DNA of 45,058 bases from an uncultured bacterium (GCA_902793555.1 CADBEF010000002.1:1-45058), one strand, 5' to 3'. Positions 28,601 to 38,040 are shown, counted from the first letter of the stretch. Notes: a model not told the origin generated them from the sequence alone. Translations and numbers: made by a program.

Positions 28601-29901
28601 GTGCGCATCCGGGCCCACGCGTGCGAACGCGCGGCGAGGCGGTTGTTGTCGTGCGTCTCGGCGTAGTGCGCGAGCGGGCCGGTCTCTTCGCCCATCGCGA
28701 TCGCGCCGGGCAGGTAGCGCTCGAACGCGGAGCGGTCGTCGGTCTGGAAGAGCTCCGAGTAGGCCCAGTCGAGACCCTGCTCGGAAATGAGGTCGCGCGT
28801 GACCGAGATCTTGCCGCCGAGCCCCTCGAGGAGGAAGACCGTGTCGGGGAACTGCTCGCGGACGCGCGCCACGATGTAGCGCCACGTGTCGGCGGGGACC
28901 ATGTAGCCGGCGTCGCAGCGGAAGCCGTCCACGCCCTGCTCGCACCAGTATTCGAAGACGCCCGCCATGAACTCGCGCAGGCCGGGCTTCGCGTAGTCCA
29001 GCTCCACGAGGTCCTCCCACGTGACGCCCCACGCGCCGGGCGAATGGAAGCGTCCGTCCGGCTCGCGGCGGAACCACTCCGGGTGGTGCGCCTGCAGGGT
29101 GGAAGCCCAGCCCGTGTGGTTGGCCGGCAGGTCGATGAAGAGGCGCGCGCCGCGGACGTGGACCGCGTCGACGAGCTCGCGGAACTGGTCGAGCGGCGTC
29201 GCGGCCGGGTCGAACTCCGCGAGCGCGGGGTTGACGGCGAGGAAGTCCGTCCCCGCGAACGGCGAGCCGAAGCGGCCCATGCGCGCGTAGGTCGTCGGGA
29301 TCGGGTGGATGGGCAGGAGCTGGACGACGCGGAAGCCCTCCTCCAGCACGATCGTGTCGAGGCGGCGCGCGAGCGCGCGGAACGTTCCCTCGGGCGGGAT
29401 GGCCGCGTAGCCGCGGGCGTCGAGCGCGAGCGCTTCGGCGGGCGCCGGGTCGCTGCGCCCCGCCTCGCACGCGGGGCCGAACTGGCGCGGGAAGGCGCAG
29501 TAGACGGACGCCCCCTGGACCGTCCACGCGGGCGAGACCTTGATCTCGACGTCGCCGCCGTCGGGCCAGCCCGGGCGCGTCGAGCCGGGCTCGAAGTAGC
29601 ACGCCTTGGCGCGGAAGAAGCCGATGTCGACGAGCGGCAGGCGGACCTGCCAGACCTCGGAAGCCCCCTCGCGGCGCGCGAGGCGCATCGGGACGTCGTT
29701 CCAGTCGAGCGCGAGGGCGGGGCGGTCCTCGTCGAAGCTCGCGACCGTCTCGCGGCGCTTGCGCTTCGCGCCGCCGAGCGAGGTGCGCAGGACGGCGCGG
29801 CCGCCGGCGGGCGCGCCGTCGACGCGCAGCTCGAAGGAGAACGTGTCGCCGGAATGGCGCAGGAAGCGCCCGCCGGGCGCGGGGGACTGGACGACCGTCA
29901 T
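25609..29901 (-). CDS. Fused glycogen debranching enzyme (GH13 domain + amylo-alpha-1,6-glucosidase)
   Basis: GH13 motifs NHTG, VDGFRCDAG, ETHDN; GDE C-terminal IAGYPWFLDWGRDTFI, TWMD, PREG..VEIQALW, YHNGTAWPW, AQAWS. Confidence 0.9.
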   Translation of the reverse strand: MTVVQSPAPGGRFLRHSGDTFSFELRVDGAPAGGRAVLRTSLGGAKRKRRETVASFDEDRPALALDWNDVPMRLARREGASEVWQVRLPLVDIGFFRAKACYFEPGSTRPGWPDGGDVEIKVSPAWTVQGASVYCAFPRQFGPACEAGRSDPAPAEALALDARGYAAIPPEGTFRALARRLDTIVLEEGFRVVQLLPIHPIPTTYARMGRFGSPFAGTDFLAVNPALAEFDPAATPLDQFRELVDAVHVRGARLFIDLPANHTGWASTLQAHHPEWFRREPDGRFHSPGAWGVTWEDLVELDYAKPGLREFMAGVFEYWCEQGVDGFRCDAGYMVPADTWRYIVARVREQFPDTVFLLEGLGGKISVTRDLISEQGLDWAYSELFQTDDRSAFERYLPGAIAMGEETGPLAHYAETHDNNRLAARSHAWARMRTALAALASQQGCFGITNGVEWFADEKVDVHGASALRWGAPDNQVAALRRLNALLATHPAFGAGAHVEMVQHGDGNSLALLRSARGVEAVERVELLVLANLDPDREQPVSWHGFDAAGATVLFDSTTETGAPSTFSTSSTTTLAPGQVLCLSKQASDLAALDAALAAPPSREPPAAVRRQELRMAALRLRRVLTRGRPLDPDEDVDALADELAGDPLAAVRRFLPDGAMPPVTTCRFPEDERRVVPLPAGNFLLVRAAAPFRAHLEYAAGGRSLRKSAGSFALADGSHAAFVDHPATDADEPVPATLRLELSAPDRPLRGTVALQVLPARCRAPRLEKSGAEVRRGDFTALLVNGRGAMAHVRARFGEVRSQYDALLAANPDPAVPCDRVVLLPRLRAWIVNHGFSTPLDAACLRSFRAGPDAVRWTFDAPVGTGRTIALAAELRLVPGENRAAFSFSREPGGGDPARPDDAESVELILRPDVESRSFHGKTKAFTGPEREFPAAVRPEPAGFVFAPPGRVPLSVRLDGGRFVAEPEWHYMVAHPDEAARGQDGSTDLFSPGWFSATLAGGDAVVLHAGVPDDGSQVRKFASSHVQPANLQTCEPANAAKGGFEAALAASARTFLAVREDAPTVIAGYPWFLDWGRDTFIALRGLLADGLSDVALAVLRKFGDFEDRGTLPNMICGADASNRDTSDAPLWFCVVAGEAGRGKPPPDLAKVVLRILRGYLDGTPNGIRVDPATALVFSPPHFTWMDTNWPAGTPREGYPVEIQALWIAALSLAAKIEPKGPWRGLRDTARASLPRLFWAPERGFLSDCRHAPGGYRPAADAVADDHLRCNQLFAVTLGAIDADHPAARAVVASAERLLVPGAIRTLAPGRTAFALPVRGANGALLNDPNAPYWGRYEGDEDTRRKPAYHNGTAWPWPFPAYAEALVKVYGQSAVPAARSLLASALPLLEEGCIGQIPEIMDGDAPHAGRGCDAQAWSATEFLRVARQLG
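26785..26856. repeat. Inverted pair of 8-bp tandem arrays, in frame within the debranching gene
   Basis: GTTCGCAG GTTCGCAG GTTTGCAG GTTCGCTG | GTTGAACG | TGCGAACT TGCGAACT TGCGAACT TGTGAACC. Confidence 0.92.
28186..28348. repeat. Inverted pair of 9-bp tandem arrays about 110 bp apart within the debranching gene
   Basis: GGTTGAAGA GGTCGAAAA GGTTGAAGG (28186-28212) and AATTCAACC CTTTCAACC GCTTCCACT (28322-28348). Confidence 0.75.
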
Positions 29902-29917
29902 GGCTGGCCTCGCTCGC

Positions 29918-30919
29918 CTAGACGTGGCAGAGGTCCGGGAAGAAGAACGGCGCGGTCGGCGCGCCGTCCGCGCGCGGACCGAAGAGGGCGCGGACGAACG
30001 CGGGGGAGGGCAGGGCGGGGTCGGGCAGCGCCGCGCCGGCCGGGAAGAGCGGCGCGTAGGCCTCGATCAGGCCGGCGTTGTCGAGCGAGCAGAGGCTGTG
30101 CGTCCCGAGGCCGATCCAGGCCGTGTAGGGGCGGAGCGCGTCCATGAGCGGCGCGTCGAGCGGGCCGACCGAGACGTTGAGCGTGTTGGCGGCCTTGACC
30201 GTCTCCGCGGCGATCTCGAGGATGCCGGCGGGCGCGCCCGCGTAGTCGACGAGCTTCTTGTGCTCGGCGGAGTAGACGGCCCAGGCGTCCGGCTCGGCGG
30301 CGCCGGCGGGCGTGGCGGCCCAGACCTCGCACTTGATGCGGCCGAGGCGCTTGCGCCACTGATCGAGCGTCTCCTCGACGAACGGATCGGTGCGGCGGCG
30401 CAGCTCCCACATCGCGGGCGTGACGGGCGCGGCCGCGCCCTCGCCGAGCTTGGCGACGGCGCGCGTGCGCGGGGCGCGGGCGAGCGAATGGCAATCGAAC
30501 CAGGGGGTCCAGAACCACCCCGCCGTCTCGAAGCCGAAGTGCGCGTAGCGGTCGTGGCGGCCGCCGAGCCAGACGAGCTGGACGCCCTCGCCCCGCAGGC
30601 GCTCGAGCTGCGCCTTCAGGAGCGCGCTCATGTAGCCCTTGCCGAGCGCCTCCTGCGCGGTCGACACCTGGCCGATGCCGGCGAAGCGGACGCGGCGGCC
30701 CGCGATGCGCAGGTCCATCGGGTAGGCGCCGACGCAGGAGACGATGCGGCCGCCCTCGCGGACGACGAGGTGTCGCCCCATCACGGCGTCCGTCGGCTCG
30801 AAGAGATCGTCGCAGAACGTCTCGAAGCGGGCGTGCTTGGGATTGCCGCGCGTGAAGACGGCGTAGAGGAAGTCGAGGAGTTCGGCGCGGTCGGCGCCCT
30901 TGGCGGGTTCGATTTGCAT
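29918..30919 (-). CDS. GNAT-family N-acetyltransferase (Eis-like N-terminus)
   Basis: GIGQVST...LGKGYMSALL, WLGG..RYAHFGFE. TAGAAT lies 7 nt before ATG 30919. Confidence 0.85.
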   Translation of the reverse strand: MQIEPAKGADRAELLDFLYAVFTRGNPKHARFETFCDDLFEPTDAVMGRHLVVREGGRIVSCVGAYPMDLRIAGRRVRFAGIGQVSTAQEALGKGYMSALLKAQLERLRGEGVQLVWLGGRHDRYAHFGFETAGWFWTPWFDCHSLARAPRTRAVAKLGEGAAAPVTPAMWELRRRTDPFVEETLDQWRKRLGRIKCEVWAATPAGAAEPDAWAVYSAEHKKLVDYAGAPAGILEIAAETVKAANTLNVSVGPLDAPLMDALRPYTAWIGLGTHSLCSLDNAGLIEAYAPLFPAGAALPDPALPSPAFVRALFGPRADGAPTAPFFFPDLCHV

Positions 30920-30943
30920 GGGCGGCATTCTAGCACAACGGAA

Positions 30944-30972
30944 TTGCGTTTTGAAGCCGAAAAGTGTAGACT
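30944..30972 (+). promoter_or_regulatory. Sigma70-type promoter for putP
   Basis: TTGCGT-17 nt-TAGACT. Confidence 0.65.
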
Positions 30973-31008
30973 GTGCGCCCATCCACAAACCAAACCAACG
31001 GGACCACC

Positions 31009-32571
31009 ATGCAAATCCTGGCCTTCTGCCTCTACTTCGCCGTCGTCCTCGCGATCGGCCTCTACTTCTTCGCCAAGTCCAAGGGCTCCGGCGAGAAGGA
31101 ATACTTCCTCGGCGGGCGCCAGATGGGCCCGTGGGTCTCCGCGATGTCCGCGCAGGCCTCCGACATGTCCGGCTGGCTCCTCATGGGCTTCCCCGGCTCC
31201 ATCCTCGCCTTCGGCATGGGCAAGGTCTGGATCGGCATCGGCCTGGCGCTCGGCACGATCCTGAACTGGATCTTCGTCGCGACCCGCCTGCGCCGCTTCT
31301 CGGCGGCCGCGAACGACTCGATCACCCTGCCGCAGTACCTCACGAACCGCTTCGCCTCCTCGAATCCCGCGCTCAAGGTCGCCTGCGCAATCGTGTTCCT
31401 CATCGCGTTCACGGTCTACGTCGCGAGCGGCTTCGTCGCCGGCACGAAGGTGTTCGTCAGCATCGTCCCCGCGCTCAAGGGCCGCGAGATGCTCGCGATG
31501 GAGATCTTCGCGGCGCTCATCCTCTGCTACACGTTCCTCGGCGGCTACAAGGCCGTGTGCTGGACCGACTTCTTCCAGGGCATCATGATGCTCTGCGCGC
31601 TCCTGCTCGTGCCGATCGCGATGTGCTCGACGGGGCACTTCGACGCGTCGTTCTCCGGCGCGTTCGCGGATGGCATCAAGCCGTTCGGGAGCAATCCGTT
31701 CGCGGCCTCGTGGAAGGACATCGTCTCCGGCCTCGGCTGGGGCCTGGGCTACTTCGGCATGCCGCACATCCTCGTGCGCTTCATGGGCATCAAGGACCCG
31801 AAGAGCGTGAAGAAGTCGGCGTGGATCGCCTGCGTCTGGGTCGTGCTCTCGCTCGGCGCGGCGGTGGCGATCGCCATCCTCGGCCGCACGTACCTGCTCT
31901 CCGGCGGCGATTCGCTCGCCGCGCAGCTGATCCCCGAGTCCGCGCAGCAGATGGTGTTCGTGACGGTCGTGAACGACCTCTTCCCGGGGTTCGTCGCGGG
32001 CGTCCTCCTGGCCGCGATCATCGCCGCGTCGATGAGCACGGCGGACTCGCAGCTCCTGGTCGCCTCGTCCGCGTTCTCGAGCGACTTCTACCAGCCCGTC
32101 GTCCGCAAGAACCAGGCGACCGACGCGGAGATGCTCTGGGTCGGGCGCTTCGTGGTGATGATCGTCGCGTTCGTGGCGTTCTACGTCGCCGCGAGCGGCC
32201 TGGAGAAGCCCGGTTCGTGGGCCTCGAGCATCATGGACATGGTGGAGAACGCGTGGGGCCTCTTCGGCGCGGCGTTCGGGCCGGTCGTGATCCTCTCGCT
32301 CTTCTGGCGCCGCTTCAACTACGCGGGCGCGCTCGCCGGCATCGTGACCGGCGCGGTGGTCGACCTGGCGTGGCTGCTCGTCCCCGTGATGGCGGTCGAG
32401 GGCGCGGACGGCGTCCAGTCGCTCGTCTCGCTGAGCAGCGGCCTTGGCGTCTACGAGATCGTCCCCGGCTTCGCCGCGGGCCTCGTGGCGGCCGTCCTCG
32501 CCTCGCTCCAGACGGAGAAGCCCGGCCCGGAGGTCGACGCGATCTTCGACAAGGCCGTCGCGAAGGCGTAG
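31009..32571 (+). CDS. putP: Sodium/proline symporter (SSS family)
   Basis: YFLGGR, SAQASDMSGWLLMGFPG, GLGYFGMPHILVRFM, AASMSTADSQLL, AWGLFGAAFGP. Confidence 0.9.
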   Translation: MQILAFCLYFAVVLAIGLYFFAKSKGSGEKEYFLGGRQMGPWVSAMSAQASDMSGWLLMGFPGSILAFGMGKVWIGIGLALGTILNWIFVATRLRRFSAAANDSITLPQYLTNRFASSNPALKVACAIVFLIAFTVYVASGFVAGTKVFVSIVPALKGREMLAMEIFAALILCYTFLGGYKAVCWTDFFQGIMMLCALLLVPIAMCSTGHFDASFSGAFADGIKPFGSNPFAASWKDIVSGLGWGLGYFGMPHILVRFMGIKDPKSVKKSAWIACVWVVLSLGAAVAIAILGRTYLLSGGDSLAAQLIPESAQQMVFVTVVNDLFPGFVAGVLLAAIIAASMSTADSQLLVASSAFSSDFYQPVVRKNQATDAEMLWVGRFVVMIVAFVAFYVAASGLEKPGSWASSIMDMVENAWGLFGAAFGPVVILSLFWRRFNYAGALAGIVTGAVVDLAWLLVPVMAVEGADGVQSLVSLSSGLGVYEIVPGFAAGLVAAVLASLQTEKPGPEVDAIFDKAVAKA

Positions 32572-32591
32572 CGCCGCTCCGGCGCGATTCC

Positions 32592-32626
32592 GCGGGGCGC
32601 GGGCGGCTCGGCCGCCCGCGCCCCGC
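32592..32626 (+). terminator. Perfect 16-bp-stem hairpin after putP, candidate terminator
   Basis: GCGGGGCGCGGGCGGC-TCG-GCCGCCCGCGCCCCGC followed by CCGTTT; weak U tract. Confidence 0.55.
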
Positions 32627-32700
32627 CCGTTTCCGCGTCCCGCCGGACCGGCCCTCCGCCGGACTTCCGCGGCGGACGGCGTTGTGGTAGAATGCCCGCC

Positions 32701-33651
32701 ATGTACATCGGACTCCTGTTCGCGGTTCTCACGGGCCTCACGTGGGTGATCACCGGCGCGATCGTCGGTCTGGCGGAGCGGCGCGGCTGCGGCGCGTTCC
32801 GCCAGCAGCTCGTGAGCACGCTCTATTCGATCGGGGCCGTGTCGCTGGCGCTCGTCGCGGGCGGGCGGCTCCTGCCGGACGCCCCGGCGTTCGCGTTCTC
32901 GGCGGCGGCCCGGCCGGCGCTGCTGATGGCGGCATGGGGGTTCCTCAACTTCTGGATGATCTTCTTCATGGGGCGCGCGATGGCGCGCGGTCCGAACGGG
33001 CTGGCCTGGACGGTCACGCAGTCCGGTCTCGTGTTTCCGTTCCTGATGGGCGTTCTGTCGGGTAATTCGCCCCTCACCTGGGCGCGTGCTGCGGGGTTCG
33101 CGCTCATCGTCGGAAACGTGGTCGTCTCGGGCGCCGCGAAGGGCGGATCTTCCAAAGGGGGTTCGACCCTGCGGTGGTTCCTGCCGGCGCTGGCGGCGTT
33201 CGTCCTGTGCGGCGCGAACCAGTGCGCGGTGAACCTCGTGTCCTACGACGGGGTCGTGCCCCCGCAGATGCGCCCGGCGAACCTGGAGCGCATGTTCTGG
33301 GGCGCCGCCGGGACGCTCGCCGCGTGGACCGTCTTCGTCGCCGGCAAGCGCCTGATGGAGGGACCGGCGCCCCGCGACCCGGACCTGCGCGGCAAGTACC
33401 TTTTCCTGCTCAAGGTCTGCGGGCTGGCGCTCGTCCCGGGATTCGTGGCGAGCTGTTGGTTCCACTTCAACGCGCTGGACCGCCTGCAGGCGGCCGGGGC
33501 GATCGCGGTCGCCTCGCCCATGGAGGTGAACGCCTGCCTTCTCGGCTTTTTCCTCTACGGGCGCCTGGCGCTGCGGGAGCGGACGACGGCGTTGCAGAAC
33601 GCCGCCTTCGCGCTGGGGCTGCTGGGCGTCGTCCTGATCGCGCTGGGGTAG
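32701..33651 (+). CDS. DMT/EamA-like 10-TM membrane protein
   Basis: About ten hydrophobic helices and a C-terminal LRERTT...GVVLIAL. TGgTAGAAT lies 7 nt before ATG 32701. Confidence 0.72.
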   Translation: MYIGLLFAVLTGLTWVITGAIVGLAERRGCGAFRQQLVSTLYSIGAVSLALVAGGRLLPDAPAFAFSAAARPALLMAAWGFLNFWMIFFMGRAMARGPNGLAWTVTQSGLVFPFLMGVLSGNSPLTWARAAGFALIVGNVVVSGAAKGGSSKGGSTLRWFLPALAAFVLCGANQCAVNLVSYDGVVPPQMRPANLERMFWGAAGTLAAWTVFVAGKRLMEGPAPRDPDLRGKYLFLLKVCGLALVPGFVASCWFHFNALDRLQAAGAIAVASPMEVNACLLGFFLYGRLALRERTTALQNAAFALGLLGVVLIALG

Positions 33652-33661
33652 CGCGGGGCCG

Positions 33662-34942
33662 CTACGCGAGGCGCTCGATCGCGCGGTGCGCGATGTCGGA
33701 GCGGTAGTAGGCGTCCGCGAACTTGATTTTGACGACGCCGCGGTAGGCGGCGGCGACGGCCTCCTTGATGCCGTCGCCGAGAGCGGTCACGCCGAGGACC
33801 CGGCCGCCGTCCGTGAGGGCCGCGCCGCCTTCGGCGGGCTTGGTTCCGGCATGGAAGACGACGACGTCCGGCTGGGCGGCCGCCTCGTCGAGCCCTTCGA
33901 TCAGGTCGCCCTTCTTGTAGGTTTCGGGATAGCCGCCCGCGACCATGACGACGCAGACGGCGGAACGCGGGTCGATTTCGAGCTTGACCTTGTCGAGCGT
34001 GCCGTCCATGCAGGCGCGGAGCGGCTCCAGGAGCGGGCTCGAGAGGCGAGCGAGGACCGCCTGCGTCTCGGGGTCCCCGAAGCGGCAGTTGAACTCCAGG
34101 ACCTTCGGTCCGTTGGCGGTGAGCATGAGGCCGGCGTAGAGGACGCCGCGGTAGACGATCCCGCGGGCCTTGAGCTCGCGGACGACCGGAAGGAAGACCT
34201 GGGATTCGACGACGGCGAGCATGTCGGGCGTCATCGCCGGGGCGGGCGAATAGGCGCCCATGCCGCCGGTGTTGGGGCCCTTGTCGCCGTCGAGCAGGCG
34301 CTTGTGGTCCTGGGCGGAAGGCAGAAGGGCGACGTGTTCGCCGTCCACGAACGCCAGAAGGGACGCTTCCTCGCCGTCGAGGTATTGCTCGACGAGGACC
34401 GAATCGGCCGCGGCGCCGAACTTGCGGGCGTCGAACATGTCGGCGATCGCGGCGTCGACGTCCTCCTTCGTCATGCAGACGCTCACGCCCTTGCCGGCGG
34501 CCAGGCCGTCGGCCTTGAGGACGACGGGGATGCCGAGCCGGGCGACGGCCTCGCGGGCCTCCCCGGCGGTGCGGACGACCTCCGCCTCGGCGGTGGGGAC
34601 CTGGGCGGCGCGCATGACGTCCTTTGCGAACTCCTTGCTGCCCTCCATGCGGGCGGCGGCGGCGCAGGGGCCGAAAATGGCGAACCCTTCGGCCTGGAAG
34701 GCGTCCACGACGCCGAGGCAGAGGGGAACTTCCGGGCCGACGACGGTGAAATCGGGGCGGTTCTCGCGGGCCCAGGCGACGAGGCCGGCCACGTCCTTGG
34801 CGGCGACCGGGACGTTCGTGGCGATCGCGGCCGTGCCGGCGTTGCCGGGGGCGCAGAAGAGCTCGGCGGACGGGTCGTCCTCGCGGAGCTTCCAGGCGAT
34901 GGCGTGTTCGCGGCCGCCGTTGCCGATGACGAGAATCTTCAT
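33662..34942 (-). CDS. purD: Phosphoribosylamine-glycine ligase
   Basis: MKILVIGNGGREHA, APGNAG, KADGLAAGKGV, QDHKR..DGDKGPNTGGMGAYSP, EFNCRFGDPETQ. Confidence 0.97.
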   Translation of the reverse strand: MKILVIGNGGREHAIAWKLREDDPSAELFCAPGNAGTAAIATNVPVAAKDVAGLVAWARENRPDFTVVGPEVPLCLGVVDAFQAEGFAIFGPCAAAARMEGSKEFAKDVMRAAQVPTAEAEVVRTAGEAREAVARLGIPVVLKADGLAAGKGVSVCMTKEDVDAAIADMFDARKFGAAADSVLVEQYLDGEEASLLAFVDGEHVALLPSAQDHKRLLDGDKGPNTGGMGAYSPAPAMTPDMLAVVESQVFLPVVRELKARGIVYRGVLYAGLMLTANGPKVLEFNCRFGDPETQAVLARLSSPLLEPLRACMDGTLDKVKLEIDPRSAVCVVMVAGGYPETYKKGDLIEGLDEAAAQPDVVVFHAGTKPAEGGAALTDGGRVLGVTALGDGIKEAVAAAYRGVVKIKFADAYYRSDIAHRAIERLA

Positions 34943-34975
34943 GGTAGGGGATCGGATTTCGTGAAAACGGGCGAG

Positions 34976-35004
34976 ATGCTACCAAATCCGGCCCCGCGGC
35001 GCAA
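34976..35004 (-). promoter_or_regulatory. Sigma70-type promoter for purD
   Basis: TTGCGC-17 nt-TAGCAT with extended TGg. Confidence 0.65.
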
Positions 35005-35035
35005 TCCCCCTTCCGGTCGCGGTCCGCGACGGCGC

Positions 35036-36523
35036 TCACGGCCGGCGGGCGAGTCGCCAGACGAGGTCCGCGGACGCCGCCGAACCGCCTTCGAGCGAGA
35101 CTTCGAGAGGGCCGTCCGACGGCAGTTCGGCGACATCGAAGAACGCGGCTCGCTTCACGCCGGGCGGCACGTCGCGCCGCGCGATTTCCGCCCCGCCGCA
35201 CCGCAGGACGGCGACCGGTCTCGCCCGGCCGCCGGCGCGGACGTCCCCGAACACGGCGCGGGCGGCGATGCGGTCGCCGGCGCGGGGCGGGCGGCTGGCC
35301 GGGGGCTCTTCGGCTCGGCCGAAGGCGGCGGCCGCGCGCGTGCCGGCGTCGAGGTATTTCGAGACGGATGCGTCGAGCCGGCAGGCGGGGAACTGCTCGA
35401 CCAGGACGTCCGGGATTCCGTGCGCCGTCGCGCCCTCGAGGAAGCCCGGGCTGAACCGCTGGAAAATGAGCGCGCGGACCCGGCCGACGCCTTTCGCGAA
35501 CGGGAACCTCACGTCTCCGTCCTTTCCGCGCCAGGAGGCAAGCGAAAAGCGCATGAACGAATCGTGCGCCAGCAGGACCGAGATTCCGCCTCCCTCGCGC
35601 TTCGTGGCCACGTTGCAGTAGGGGTAGCGCGCCGCGTTGTGGACGACGCCGTCGTCGTCCTGGACCTCGCCCGGGACCGAAACCTCGAGCCGGATCGACC
35701 GCCGCCAGCAGCCCGGCGCCTCGCCCGCGAGAACGGCGGGGGGCGGTTCGTCGTACCACGGCGGGGTTTCGCCGATCCGGTCCGGGAAGAGTTCCCGGAG
35801 CCGGCGGTTGATCCGGTCGTAGAGCAGCCACTCCCCGTAGGCGTTCGGGTGGTGGTCTCGGTCGAAAAACGTCTCGCGTCCGGCCGCGAAGGCGGCCGCG
35901 AAGTCGTCGTCGGCGAACAGGACGTCGTCGCGCGCCGGGGAATCCGCGAGCGCTTCCCGGACCTGCGCGGCGACGTTGTTCCCGCGGTGGCGCCGGATCG
36001 CGGGATACAGCTCCTGCCACCGGGCCTGGGCTTTCGTGACGGCGGGGACCTCCAGCACGGCGGCGCCGATCGCGCGGCCCCATTCGCGGCGCCCCTCGAA
36101 AAGGACGATCCAGTCCGCGAGTTCCGCCGGCGATAGCTCCTTGGCGCCGAGATAGTCGTCCAGCTCCGGCCAGTCGCCGCCGCGCCGGAAAACCCAGTTT
36201 CCGTGTCCGGGCACCTCGCGTCCGACCGGCGTCTTGAGCCGTCGGAACGACTGGTCGCGGTGGAAGAGCAGGAGCTCGGTTCGCCAGGGCAGGGCGTCTC
36301 CGTACCACGATTCCCACGCGCGGCCGAACTCCGCCGGCGCGACGCTCCGCGGGGTGCCTTTCCTCAACGTCGGGTACGGCGCGGAATTGCGCTTTTCGCC
36401 GGCCGAGTCGAACGCCGCCCACGAGACGGCCCCCGTGCGGCGCAGGACGATCCGCGCGACCTGGGGAAAAGCCAGGGCGGCGCTCCAGAACGCGAGGAAG
36501 GCGGCGGGCAGGATCCTGTTCAT
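35036..36523 (-). CDS. AlgJ/AlgX-like periplasmic O-acetyltransferase
   Basis: N-terminal anchor, EKR..APYP, D.LPWR, DHHPNAYG (DxH motif), HDSF. Directly downstream of an MBOAT gene; it is the 3' part of the 35036..39580 track ORF. Confidence 0.72.
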   Translation of the reverse strand: MNRILPAAFLAFWSAALAFPQVARIVLRRTGAVSWAAFDSAGEKRNSAPYPTLRKGTPRSVAPAEFGRAWESWYGDALPWRTELLLFHRDQSFRRLKTPVGREVPGHGNWVFRRGGDWPELDDYLGAKELSPAELADWIVLFEGRREWGRAIGAAVLEVPAVTKAQARWQELYPAIRRHRGNNVAAQVREALADSPARDDVLFADDDFAAAFAAGRETFFDRDHHPNAYGEWLLYDRINRRLRELFPDRIGETPPWYDEPPPAVLAGEAPGCWRRSIRLEVSVPGEVQDDDGVVHNAARYPYCNVATKREGGGISVLLAHDSFMRFSLASWRGKDGDVRFPFAKGVGRVRALIFQRFSPGFLEGATAHGIPDVLVEQFPACRLDASVSKYLDAGTRAAAAFGRAEEPPASRPPRAGDRIAARAVFGDVRAGGRARPVAVLRCGGAEIARRDVPPGVKRAAFFDVAELPSDGPLEVSLEGGSAASADLVWRLARRP

Positions 36524-36534
36524 CGCGGCGCCTT

Positions 36535-38016
36535 TCAGAACTGGAAGTAGAGGAAGGACCGCCGCGTGGAGGCGGCGAGGAACAGCAGGGCGAGCACGCC
36601 GAGCGCCGTCGCCGCGAGGCTTTCGAGCGTCCAGACGAACCACTCCGGGAGGACGCGCCGAGCGAGGCGCCGCAGCGCCGGGACGACGGGAAGCGAAAGG
36701 ACGGCGCCCGCGGCGAGGGCGACGGAGACGACCGGCGTGCAGTCGAGCCACAGCGTGCGGGCCTCCCGGGCGACGGGCTCCAGCCCCGCGAGCGAACGCA
36801 GCAGGGAGCCCGCGGCGGCGGGCGTGGCGGAGCGGAAGAGGATCCAGCCGAAGGCGACCGCGGCAAGCGTCCAGGCGTGCGCCGCGAGGAACCGCGGCGC
36901 GGCGATCCACGCGGGCCGGTCCGGGGGAGGCGCGCCTTTGCGGCGCTTCGGTCCGAACAGGCGTTCGGCGCAGACGAGCAGCCCGTGCCAAAGCCCCCAA
37001 AGCAGGAACGTCCACCCCGTGCCGTGCCAGACGCCGCACGCCGCGAAGACGGCCATCGAGTTGAGGCACGCCCGCGCCGCGCCGCACCGGCTGCCTCCGA
37101 GCGGGAAGTAGAGATAGTCGCGGAGCCACGAGGAGAGCGAGACGTGCCACCGGCGCCAGAATTCGCGGACCGAGGCCGAGCCGTAGGGCCAGAGGAAGTT
37201 CTCCTTGAAATCGAACCCGAGCGTCCGCCCCAAGCCGATCGCCATGTCGGAATAGCCCGAGAAGTCGAAGTAGAGCTGCAGCGAATACGCCGCCACGCCC
37301 AGCGCCGCCATGCCGGGCGACATTCCCCGCCCGGCGTCCGCGAGCTCCCAGACCGCGTCCGCGAACGGCGCGAGCTGGTTGGCGAGGAGGACCTTCTTGG
37401 CGAGACCGACGAGCAGCCGCCGGAAGCCGGACGCCGCGAGCGGCGCCGAGAAGGGGCGCGAGCGGAACGACTCCGCGACGTCCGCCCACCGGACGATCGG
37501 CCCCGAGACGAACACCGGGAACAGCGCCATCCAGCAGATCGTGTCGAGCGGGTTGCGCGGGGGCGGGCGGACGCCGCGCGCGGCGTCCCACACGCAGGAC
37601 ATCGACCGGAAGACCCAGAAGCTGATTCCCAGCGGAAACGCGATCGCGGGGGCGGGCACGAGCGGACAGCCCGCCGCCGCGTCGATCCACCGGGCGAGGA
37701 CGCCGCCGTATTTGAAAAAGCACAACAGCCCCAGGTCGGCCGCGAGCGCGAGGGCGAGCAGTGCCTTGCGAAGGCGCGGGCGCCGCGCCGCCGAGACCGC
37801 GCGGGCGAACAGGTCGGTCCCGGCCGCGCAGCCGAGGAACCACGGCAGCCCCGGCAGGTCCGAGAGGAAGCACGCCGCGAGCGACGCGGCGAGCAGCCAT
37901 GCGTTCGCGGCCGCCGTCGCGTGGCGCCACCGCCGCCCCGCCGCCTGCAGCGCCCAGTGCCCGAAGAGCACCGGAGGCAGGAACGCCGTGAGGAAGAAGA
38001 GACTTCCGAATGCCAT
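36535..38016 (-). CDS. MBOAT O-acyltransferase (AlgI/PatA-like)
   Basis: PLGISFWVF, SGPIVR, GLAKKVLLAN, QLYFDFSGYSDMAIG, EFWRRWHVSLSSWLRDYLY, GVWHG. Confidence 0.92.
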   Translation of the reverse strand: MAFGSLFFLTAFLPPVLFGHWALQAAGRRWRHATAAANAWLLAASLAACFLSDLPGLPWFLGCAAGTDLFARAVSAARRPRLRKALLALALAADLGLLCFFKYGGVLARWIDAAAGCPLVPAPAIAFPLGISFWVFRSMSCVWDAARGVRPPPRNPLDTICWMALFPVFVSGPIVRWADVAESFRSRPFSAPLAASGFRRLLVGLAKKVLLANQLAPFADAVWELADAGRGMSPGMAALGVAAYSLQLYFDFSGYSDMAIGLGRTLGFDFKENFLWPYGSASVREFWRRWHVSLSSWLRDYLYFPLGGSRCGAARACLNSMAVFAACGVWHGTGWTFLLWGLWHGLLVCAERLFGPKRRKGAPPPDRPAWIAAPRFLAAHAWTLAAVAFGWILFRSATPAAAGSLLRSLAGLEPVAREARTLWLDCTPVVSVALAAGAVLSLPVVPALRRLARRVLPEWFVWTLESLAATALGVLALLFLAASTRRSFLYFQF

Positions 38017-38040
38017 GCGGCGGAACGGAAAAAGCGGACG

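Noticed and set aside
33662-36523. Apparent codon-usage shift in purD/algJ as a second island
   Set aside because: purD is a core gene, no boundary repeats were found, and I cannot quantify the shift by eye.
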